DNA of 17,805 nucleotides from NCBI GenBank assembly GCA_048939245.1, contig JBHLPR010000038.1, forward strand, positions 1 to 17,805, written 5' to 3'. This DNA comes from Promethearchaeota archaeon. Lineage in GTDB: Archaea; Asgardarchaeota; Hermodarchaeia; Hermodarchaeales; Hermodarchaeaceae. How positions within the stretch are numbered: position 1 is the stretch's first letter; the number at the start of each line of letters is the position of its first letter. The position numbers were made by a program, and so were the translations under genes. Below, in pieces: positions 9,399-16,817 of the stretch. The notes beneath the pieces were generated by a model. It had not been told where the DNA came from, did not search any database, and was given only the letters and a program-made list of their open reading frames with translations.

Positions 9399-10376
9399 AT
9401 GTTAGTATTATTAACTGGCGCCTTTGGAAATATTGGAGAAAGTACGCTGTTAGCTCTGTTCAAGCAGAACCACCAGATTCGATGCTTTGATTTGCAAACA
9501 ACACAAAACGAAAAAACTGCCAAGAGTTTGCAAAAGTATGGCGATTTTGAAACAGTTTGGGGTGATGTCCGAGATGTCGACACGACAAGGAACATCGTTG
9601 AGGGCGTCGACTGCATCATTCATTTAGCGGCAATCCTTCCACCTCAAAGTGAAAGAGACCCCGATTTCACCACGACCGTGAATGTTGGGGGAACATTACA
9701 TCTAATCGAAGCGGCAGAAGCGTTGCCAGTAAAACCCAAATTCGTCTATGCTAGTTCCATATCCGTTTTGGGGCCCTGCATGCATCTCCCTCCACCACGA
9801 ACAGCGGATGACCCCCTTCACCCTACTGACACCTATACCACCACGAAAGTCAAATGCGAAGAAGCGCTTCGGGCCAGTTCACTGCCTTGGACCATCCTCC
9901 GTCTAGTCGCGGTCCCCGGCTTACGCATCAGTGGCGAAGCTGACCCGATGTTATTCGAAATTCCCCTCGACCAACGCATCGAATTTGTCCATACCCGCGA
10001 TGTCGGCACCGCCTTTGCCCATGCAGTCACTGCCAAGACCTTGAACAAAGTCCTTCTCATTGGAGGCGGTAAATCCAGCCAGATGCTTCAACGCGAATTC
10101 ATTGCTAAAATCCTCAACGCCATGGGAGTCGGAATGCTACCAGAGTCCGCCTTTCGCGTTGCAACCAAGCCTGAAGAGTGGTACTACACTGATTGGGTAG
10201 ACACAACCGAATCCCAACAGCTCCTACAATACCAACACCACACCTACGACCAATACATTGACGACCTCAAACGCACCATCGGATTCAAACGCTACCTCGG
10301 CCGACTCTTCCGAGGCTCAGCCCAAAAACGCCTCCTCGCCCAATCCCCCTACTATCAAGAATCGAAGGATCATTAA
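9399..10376 (+). CDS. NAD(P)-dependent epimerase/dehydratase (extended SDR)
   Basis: TGAFGNIG Rossmann motif, GDV, IIHLAA, VNVGGT, YASS, catalytic YTTTK, ILRL, FVHTRDV. Confidence 0.92.
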   Translation: MLVLLTGAFGNIGESTLLALFKQNHQIRCFDLQTTQNEKTAKSLQKYGDFETVWGDVRDVDTTRNIVEGVDCIIHLAAILPPQSERDPDFTTTVNVGGTLHLIEAAEALPVKPKFVYASSISVLGPCMHLPPPRTADDPLHPTDTYTTTKVKCEEALRASSLPWTILRLVAVPGLRISGEADPMLFEIPLDQRIEFVHTRDVGTAFAHAVTAKTLNKVLLIGGGKSSQMLQREFIAKILNAMGVGMLPESAFRVATKPEEWYYTDWVDTTESQQLLQYQHHTYDQYIDDLKRTIGFKRYLGRLFRGSAQKRLLAQSPYYQESKDH

Positions 10377-10393
10377 GCTTCACTTATTCAAAT

Positions 10394-10437
10394 AGAAAAG
10401 AGAGCAGTGGAGAGGATGCAACCCTGTTTCTCCGCCG
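10394..10437 (-). terminator. Probable hairpin plus pyrimidine-tract terminator between convergent genes
   Basis: Minus strand GCGGAGA...TCTCCAC stem followed by TCTCTTTTCT. Confidence 0.4.
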
Positions 10438-10459
10438 TGATTGTAAAGTTTCATTTGAA

Positions 10460-10726
10460 CTATCTATTTCCCTGCCACTTTCTGTATAGTAAGCTACAGC
10501 AATAGAAAATGCCGAAGATACCGACCACTAGAATGATAATGCCCAAAATTTGAAGCATCAACCCTATGGGCTCTTGATACCAGTAGATCAAAAAATAACC
10601 CTGAAATACTAGTGAGCTCCCGCCACAACCCACTACGATACCACCAATCAAGGAAACAACCAGTAGCACGATCATTATTCCGCATCTATCCCCTGTTTCA
10701 TCATTCCTGTACCCCATGAAACCCAC
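10460..10726 (-). CDS. Small membrane protein (2 TM helices)
   Basis: Two long hydrophobic segments and a basic C-terminus. The start codon is uncertain. Confidence 0.6.
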   Translation of the reverse strand: MGFMGYRNDETGDRCGIMIVLLVVSLIGGIVVGCGGSSLVFQGYFLIYWYQEPIGLMLQILGIIILVVGIFGIFYCCSLLYRKWQGNR

Positions 10727-10912
10727 CCTTTTAGTAAGCAGTCATTTTGCAGTTCTTAGGCAAGCCCAACACACCCAGTCCTACTACACCCCCGCCTAAA
10801 TATCATTCGAGAAATCGCGATGAATTACATGAACAAGTGAATTACAAAATCCACTCAAACGAAATAATAAAAAACAGGGAGGAAAAGCCGTCCATACGAT
10901 AGTTTTCGCCAG

Positions 10913-10972
10913 CTAGAAGCAGCGATGGATGACCCCAGCACCCTGCTCCAGATATTCCTTTTTGGTTACCCA
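10913..10972 (-). repeat. Actin 3'-end fragment, copy B (intact): WVTKKEYLEQGAGVIHRCF*
   Basis: 10 of 19 residues identical to the eukaryotic actin C-terminus [20 protein letters not shown], ending at a stop at the equivalent position. Followed by GGACGGCTTTTCCTCCC and a T-tract. Confidence 0.9.
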
Positions 10973-11086
10973 AATTGATACAACTCGGATAAAGGCAGAC
11001 ACTACTGCCGAGTGTAGGGAAGAATCTACCGACCACAGAAGAAAGAATATTAATAATTCACAGACCATACTTCAACATTGATTATA

Positions 11087-11374
11087 ATGACAAAAAAACT
11101 AAAAAACCCGAAAGGAAAGCTCACAGGTCCCGCCAGCGCCATTATCTTAATTGAAGTCTTACCAAAAGAACACCTCAACGTTCTACAGGTCGTCAAAGCC
11201 GACCTCGAAAAAATCGAAGGCATCAAAGACATCCACGGCATCTTTGGCACCTGGGACCTCTCAGCCATCCTAGAAGAGGCATCCTTCGAGGACCTCAAAA
11301 CCAAAGTCATTGACGAAATACGCGCCGTTCCCGGCGTCGGGAAAACTCAAACACTCCTTAGATTCCCTCTATAA
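11087..11374 (+). CDS. Stand-alone Lrp/AsnC ligand-binding (RAM) domain protein
   Basis: AIILIEV, KIEGIKDIHGIFGTWDL, IDEIRAVPGVGKTQTL. ATG at 11087 (TTG at 11078 is an alternative). Confidence 0.88.
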   Translation: MTKKLKNPKGKLTGPASAIILIEVLPKEHLNVLQVVKADLEKIEGIKDIHGIFGTWDLSAILEEASFEDLKTKVIDEIRAVPGVGKTQTLLRFPL

Positions 11375-11450
11375 GGTATAATGAGCGCCGTATTTGCACC
11401 ACCCACCACAACCATAAAACCTCACCCCCCACTCACCAAACAAAAAACGC

Positions 11451-11484
11451 AAAAAAAGAGAGAGCGGGGGAGGCACAGCATCCC
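11451..11484 (-). terminator. Hairpin plus U-tract terminator after 11489..11806
   Basis: Minus strand GGGATGC-TGT-GCCTCCC then CCGCTCTCTCTTTTTTT. Confidence 0.6.
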
Positions 11485-11488
11485 AAAA

Positions 11489-11806
11489 TTATTTGAGGTC
11501 ACTCACATCAATGCTAGGTCGGAGTAACCGAATGCTGATATCATCGAGAAGGCCGGAAGCAATAGCCATCAGTTTTTGCACTTCCTCGTGTCCATAGAAC
11601 TTTGCGAATTTCTCCATGCTCTCAAAGGGGAACCAATACATGATTCGTCCAGTATTGTCTGCCCACAACGTTACGTCAGGACTAATCAAGCCCTTTTTCG
11701 TCCATTCCTCTGCTTTTTCAGCCACCTTCTTTTGAAGATCCAACAGTTGTTTCCCGCGAGCCTCATCCTTAGGTGAACGATACTCAACACACAACACGCA
11801 TTTCAT
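11489..11806 (-). CDS. Hypothetical protein (possible ferredoxin-like alpha+beta barrel)
   Basis: Strong GGAGGTGA RBS (11812-11819) supports the ATG at 11806 rather than 11851. Alternating strand/helix pattern with FESMEKFAKF. Confidence 0.75.
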   Translation of the reverse strand: MKCVLCVEYRSPKDEARGKQLLDLQKKVAEKAEEWTKKGLISPDVTLWADNTGRIMYWFPFESMEKFAKFYGHEEVQKLMAIASGLLDDISIRLLRPSIDVSDLK

Positions 11807-12002
11807 TGATCTCACCTCCATTCCAGTGATCATCGAAGTGGAAAAGCCCATGTAGGTAAATTGACTGATTCCATTCTGCCCTCCAGAGGCTAGCCACCCT
11901 TTAGATGCATACAGAATATATACCCGAGGTTTTACGAATTTTCACCCGACAAAAATCCAGAGGCTATTGAATCCAAGACACAGGATTTTATTAAACCAAC
12001 CA

Positions 12003-12040
12003 CTAGGGAAGCTGCGATGGATTACGCCAGTACCCTCTTT
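12003..12040 (-). repeat. Actin 3'-end fragment, copy C (short, degenerate): KEGTGVIHRSF, then CC, then TAG
   Basis: GAG GGT ACT GGC GTA ATC CAT CGC AGC TTC aligns with copy B. The stop is displaced by 2 nt and the 5' part is eroded. Confidence 0.72.
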
Positions 12041-12146
12041 TCCTGAATTAATTCACCATATTTACACCCAGACGACAAACCTTCATTTCAGAATGTGAAA
12101 CTCCTCTCAACGTTGCCTAACAGGTTACTGAGAATTAAATTAGATT

Positions 12147-13352
12147 TCAAATGCGAATTTCTTCGCCTACTCTCACATGACGATAGGCGGCCCCAAAGTG
12201 TTCATGAAACATTCTGAGACTGAGTGGCGAACTATCATGTGGTGATAAGGCCACAATCTTGGGTTGTTGTTGTTTCAAGAGCGCAATATTTGCTTGCAGC
12301 TCTTTTGTTGTAATAGGATTCCATGGTTCTTTTCCTGTGCCAAAATACGAATAGGGGCTCATTCCTGCAATTTCAATTGGACCGCCTTCAACGGGGTAAT
12401 GGAGTCCGCCAATTATACCATAAAGTGGTACATCAAATAACGCTGCAACCCGGTCAAGAAGCTTAGGTAAGGTTTGATGACCACAGCCTACAATTAATAC
12501 GATGCCTTTCTTTTCCACATTAACGACCAGTGCCTGTTCTGGTTCTAGCCCGGAGCCTAAGAAAAACATGGCATTCGCGATACACCCACTGGTCGTCACA
12601 CCGGGTCCGATAACTCGTGGATCTTTTGTATGGATTGGCTTTATTCCAGGATACTTCATCGGCACAGGAGTGTAGACTTTGATATGTGATAAATCAAGTT
12701 GTGTGCCACTCAACGAAAACGTCATCTTTTCTGTCCATTTGCTTCCTCCAGTATGATCCCCATGATTGTGGGAAATCACAATCGTGTCAATGTTACTCAC
12801 TTCAATATCCAACTGCTTCATATTCTGTAAGAGTGGTGACGGGTCTTCTTGTCTTGGATTCAATCCCAAATCAAACAGAATCGTGTTCTCATCTGTGCGG
12901 ACCAGATACGATACCCCTAGTTCTTTCCGCAAATTATCCCGACGTGCATGCCAATCTATCAACGGTAAAATCGATAGATGCTTGGTGGTGCCGACATCTG
13001 TTAACTTAGAATACGTGCTCTGCTTCCACTCCTCCAATGCTCTCTGTTTCCCCTGACGAAACTTCTTCAATTCTTTCTCTAGCTTCTTATCTTCAAACAG
13101 ATACTGCAGTCTGACCTTCAGTCCGGCTTCAGTTAAGGGGGCCAACAACTGTTTTATAACAACCTCAGGTGGAACGATGGTTTCACCAAGCTCAAAGACC
13201 ATACAACTCGTAATACCATGCACTGGTGCAGGCATCGACGATGGCGGAACAACGAATTTAACATCCTTACTCTTAGACACGCGATCCTTCCACGATTCAA
13301 TATACTCCTCCAAATCCTCTAGAGGAACTTCAACAAACACAATAAACCGCAT
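12147..13352 (-). CDS. Metallo-beta-lactamase-fold hydrolase (class II-like, MJ0301-type) with an extra ~110-aa N-terminal domain
   Basis: ELGVSYLV, ILFDLG, SHNHGDHTGG (HxHxDH), EQALVV, GCGH, GGLH, PH motifs. ATG at 13352. Confidence 0.88.
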   Translation of the reverse strand: MRFIVFVEVPLEDLEEYIESWKDRVSKSKDVKFVVPPSSMPAPVHGITSCMVFELGETIVPPEVVIKQLLAPLTEAGLKVRLQYLFEDKKLEKELKKFRQGKQRALEEWKQSTYSKLTDVGTTKHLSILPLIDWHARRDNLRKELGVSYLVRTDENTILFDLGLNPRQEDPSPLLQNMKQLDIEVSNIDTIVISHNHGDHTGGSKWTEKMTFSLSGTQLDLSHIKVYTPVPMKYPGIKPIHTKDPRVIGPGVTTSGCIANAMFFLGSGLEPEQALVVNVEKKGIVLIVGCGHQTLPKLLDRVAALFDVPLYGIIGGLHYPVEGGPIEIAGMSPYSYFGTGKEPWNPITTKELQANIALLKQQQPKIVALSPHDSSPLSLRMFHEHFGAAYRHVRVGEEIRI

Positions 13353-13510
13353 AACCCATCCCAACTAATCCTAACCCAAGATAGATAAAAATCCATAACC
13401 TCTAAGACATACCTCACCCCCACCAATAACAGATCTCCAGACGCCTAAATTCTAGTCAAAGGTTAATCAAGAAGAATAAGCAGAGGTAAGCCTCCTAAAA
13501 CACAGCCACG

Positions 13511-13567
13511 TCAGAAGCCGCGATGGATCAGATCAGCACCCTGTTCCATGTATTCCTTATTGGTCAT
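13511..13567 (-). repeat. Actin 3'-end fragment, copy D: MTNKEYMEQGADLIHRGF*
   Basis: In register with copy B. Followed after 12 nt by a TTAGGAGGCTTACCTC hairpin and a pyrimidine tract. Confidence 0.88.
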
Positions 13568-13580
13568 CTTATAATTCAAC

Positions 13581-13611
13581 AAAAAAGAGAAAGGGGGAGG
13601 CAAGACCTCCC
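13581..13611 (-). terminator. Hairpin plus U-tract terminator after 13643..14833
   Basis: Minus strand GGGAGG-TCTTG-CCTCCC then CCTTTCTCTTTTTT. Confidence 0.65.
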
Positions 13612-13642
13612 AGGTAACAGCTAGTTGTTCTCTAACCTTGGA

Positions 13643-14833
13643 TCAAGGTCCAAGAACAGTATTATGATAAAACTTGACATCATCGGAGCAAAGATTTAGG
13701 ATATCGACTGATTCGGGACCTCTAAGGATTATTATGTTGCAGAATACAAATCCTTGGAGGGTTATGGGCCCATTTTCAAGATATGAGTCATCCACAAGCA
13801 GCATTCCGGTTGCGCCATCAGCACATTCGATGCTATTGCGATAGATTAGGATCGTTGCTAACACAGGATCCCATTGCTCGATGTAAATTCCAACGCCTCC
13901 GAAGATGGAGGGCAGTGTACCAATTCCCTGCATCTTATTCTTTGCAATGATGCATAAAGAGTTCCCGGGATGAACTTCCATACCCCACGCGACACTGTCA
14001 AAAGTATTGTGTTGGATCTTGAGTAGAGAGTCTTTGAATACACCTAAGTCAACGATACCACAGCATATCGATTTGAAGCTACAATGCTTCACTGAGAAAA
14101 CGCCCTTGAGTTGGTTAATGTAGAGGAAGTTGGAACCGCTGATTTGGATTCCGTTTGCAGCACTGGATCCAAACCCGAAGTAGGCATCACTTAGAATTCC
14201 TTCCATTTCCAACCGGTGACAGAACAGGTTGAAGTAAGAGACTTCATCTTCAATAAGCTCCAGTCGCGATATACCTGCAACCCAGAGAGGATTAATAGAG
14301 GTAGCCGTTAGCCACTCTGCTCCAGGAATATGCCATACTTCAGATTCACCTACAACACGAATGGTCATGTCGGAGATCTTGATGTTATATGGGTGGCGTT
14401 CTGTACTCTCGGTGTCTGCATCTTGGTAGAAGAGAAACATCTGAGCAAACCCAACCTGTTGTGGACCTTCAAGGCCAAAGATTGGATCTGAGAGAAGGGG
14501 GAATGGTTGGTCTTCGGTGTTTTGGATGATGGTTTTTCCAGTCCCAGCCCCCTTGAATGTACCGTCGAAGTTCACGACAACAATTTCTTTATTCAGATAG
14601 AACGTTCCGCGACCTAATCGAACTGTACTCCCTCGATGTTCGACTGCTTCGTCAAAGGCAGCTTGTATCCTTAGCGTATCAGTGATACCAGAAGCGTCCC
14701 CAGAAGCCGATACAAAATAGGTTCGATGTCCTCGGTGAGCGACAGTGGTTCCTACATTGATGCTAGCGAGGGCTAAAAGAAAACACAGTCCGATTGCAAT
14801 TGTAATCACTTTACGAGTTTTTAATCTCAACAT
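13643..14833 (-). CDS. Secreted right-handed parallel beta-helix (pectin lyase-like) protein
   Basis: Signal peptide. TDTLRIQAAFD..TVRLGRGTFYL..GAGTGKTII cap motif. Repeated I.HN.F / I.KN / I.RN.I turns. GGAGGG RBS supports the ATG at 14833. Confidence 0.82.
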   Translation of the reverse strand: MLRLKTRKVITIAIGLCFLLALASINVGTTVAHRGHRTYFVSASGDASGITDTLRIQAAFDEAVEHRGSTVRLGRGTFYLNKEIVVVNFDGTFKGAGTGKTIIQNTEDQPFPLLSDPIFGLEGPQQVGFAQMFLFYQDADTESTERHPYNIKISDMTIRVVGESEVWHIPGAEWLTATSINPLWVAGISRLELIEDEVSYFNLFCHRLEMEGILSDAYFGFGSSAANGIQISGSNFLYINQLKGVFSVKHCSFKSICCGIVDLGVFKDSLLKIQHNTFDSVAWGMEVHPGNSLCIIAKNKMQGIGTLPSIFGGVGIYIEQWDPVLATILIYRNSIECADGATGMLLVDDSYLENGPITLQGFVFCNIIILRGPESVDILNLCSDDVKFYHNTVLGP

Positions 14834-15034
14834 TATTCCCTCCAGCTGGTCGCCCCTCCAATTGGGCAACCAGACAGAGTGGCTCAAGAATGGCTTGCCT
14901 GGGATTTCTATGCAAGTGAACCAGGTGGTTTCAAAACGGCATCAAACAGATGAAAGAGAACCCGATATTAAACTAATCAGTTGAAGAACGGAAAACGAAC
15001 GGGGTGAAGTAGACCTAAAATAGCCTTCTAAGCG

Positions 15035-15979
15035 CTAGACACCAGCGTCATCGATAAGCTCTTGCAGCCGAATAGAGCTCATTCCCACAAACTTTCTCTG
15101 CGGATACATAACCTGAGCTTCCGCCCATTGAGTAAAAGGTGCTTGTTTAACGGATTCACTGATTAGCTCAATATCGTGAAGTTTCTTTGCAGTACAAAAA
15201 TGGATTAAAGTGGGTTCATCAGCAAAAATGAAGGAATTCCAATACTCAAATGGATACTGCTCATGGAACCACTTTACAATTTCATGCGGAGGGATGCTGT
15301 CCTCTTTAAGCCCGATAAGAATCCAGAAGCTATTGACACTCCCCTTACCAAAAATGGGACGAATGGTCAGAAGAACTCCTCCGCCTTCCCGAATTTCTTT
15401 TAGTATTTGACGGACTCGACGGGGGGTTAACCCGGTCAGCGATGCAATCTCAGAAGTTGGCATTCGTGTATCTTCAATTAAACATTTGAGGACACGTAAT
15501 TGTGAATGAGTAAAGGTAACCTTTCGTCCACGGTAAACATACTTATGTTGGGGTGGTAGAGCCGTTGGGAACACAGGTTCCAATATATGCAACTTCACCT
15601 CCGTTACAGAATCGAATCCCCGGAAGAACTTCACCAATTCCACAACACCTGTGGTACCACTCACTTCACCCCCCACATCAAACACGCGAGGTCCTACTCG
15701 AGCTACTTCCAAGACCATATGATTGCTTCCAATCGCATCAATAAACTCGTCATCATGTTCAGATCCGTCGGTGGTTATCCACGCAAGAAAAAAGTCGGCA
15801 TCAAGCATTTCTAGCCTTAACTGTGGGATGAATTGTTGAATTACCCCTGATTCAATGAGCTTATCCACACGCTTCTTCACCGCTGTACTCGACATACCCA
15901 CCTGACGAGCTAGCGATCGATACGATGTTCTACAATTGCCCATTAACGTCGCGATAAGCCGTTTATCCACTAGATCCAC
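15035..15979 (-). CDS. Lrp/AsnC-type double wHTH regulator, paralog of 7157..8149
   Basis: VDLVDKRLIATLMGNCRTSYRSLARQVGMSSTAVKKRV. Shares YRG.KVTFT..QL.VL, PHEI..W..E..PFEYWN and LIHFCTAK with the paralog. GTG start after GGTGA is chosen (15988 is an alternative). Confidence 0.88.
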   Translation of the reverse strand: MDLVDKRLIATLMGNCRTSYRSLARQVGMSSTAVKKRVDKLIESGVIQQFIPQLRLEMLDADFFLAWITTDGSEHDDEFIDAIGSNHMVLEVARVGPRVFDVGGEVSGTTGVVELVKFFRGFDSVTEVKLHILEPVFPTALPPQHKYVYRGRKVTFTHSQLRVLKCLIEDTRMPTSEIASLTGLTPRRVRQILKEIREGGGVLLTIRPIFGKGSVNSFWILIGLKEDSIPPHEIVKWFHEQYPFEYWNSFIFADEPTLIHFCTAKKLHDIELISESVKQAPFTQWAEAQVMYPQRKFVGMSSIRLQELIDDAGV

Positions 15980-16144
15980 GGCAATCACCCTAAACCCATC
16001 ACTAGCAACTGTAATACTTTCATCCTGTAAATATCCATCCAATATGCAAAAATCATCTGCGATAACACACCAGCGCCATGCTCCAAATATTCTTTCTTCG
16101 TCACCCAAATGCTTCTTTAAGAACCGTCTAGAAAACATCCCCCG

Positions 16145-16786
16145 ATGACACGCTCGATTGACATCAAAATCGTAGACATCACTAGGACGCCTCAATTTGA
16201 GACACTACTCTATCGATGCCTTGCTCCAATGCCCTCAAAGAAATATCAAAACCGCGTCGACTATCTTAACAAAGCCATCCCCAACGGATTTCGAAAGAAA
16301 ATCCTCATCTTCAATAGCGTGCCGGTTGGCCAAATTGAATATGTTCCCATCGAAGCCTCAGGGTACCCCATCCACGGAAAAGAGATGATTGTCCTCCATT
16401 GCCTCTGGGTATTACGAAAAGCCCAAGGCCACCGACTCGGACAACACCTCATAGACGCTATGATCCAAGACCACCCAGAAACCAAAGCCTTCGTTACCAT
16501 CGGACTCACCAACCACTGGAGCCCCTGGCTCAAAAAACACCACCTAGAACTCTACGACTTCACATCCATCAACTCCATCAACGTCTCCCACAAAACCAAA
16601 CACATCGGCGAATGCTTTACCATCCACCTCATGTGGCGCCCAAACCCAAGAGCGAACAAGCGCCCCACCTGGAACCCCACACATCTTCTTAAAGGCATCA
16701 CCTTTTGCATGGCACACCCCCTCTACCACCCACAACACCTGCAGATGCAAGATATCCTCCAACGCTGCAAAAAAAGGAACGAGTAA
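16145..16786 (+). CDS. GNAT-family N-acetyltransferase (YoaP-like)
   Basis: PVGQIEYVP and LHCLWVLRKAQGHRLGQHLI (acetyl-CoA-binding motif A). Confidence 0.82.
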   Translation: MTRSIDIKIVDITRTPQFETLLYRCLAPMPSKKYQNRVDYLNKAIPNGFRKKILIFNSVPVGQIEYVPIEASGYPIHGKEMIVLHCLWVLRKAQGHRLGQHLIDAMIQDHPETKAFVTIGLTNHWSPWLKKHHLELYDFTSINSINVSHKTKHIGECFTIHLMWRPNPRANKRPTWNPTHLLKGITFCMAHPLYHPQHLQMQDILQRCKKRNE

Positions 16787-16817
16787 GACACCACGCCTCC
16801 TAATCAATAAAGACCGT

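Noticed and set aside
10402-10433. AAA CAG GGT ... CAC TGC similarity to the actin fragment
   Set aside because: Needs frameshifts and is better explained as a terminator hairpin.
10842-11036. 64-aa ORF in the track (and likewise the 81-aa ORF 8103..8348)
   Set aside because: These are off-frame readings across the actin fragments and their terminators, with no protein-like features.
15980-16195. N-terminal extension of the 386-aa regulator ORF
   Set aside because: It overlaps the divergent GNAT gene, most of it is absent from the paralog, and a downstream GTG has a GGTGA RBS.
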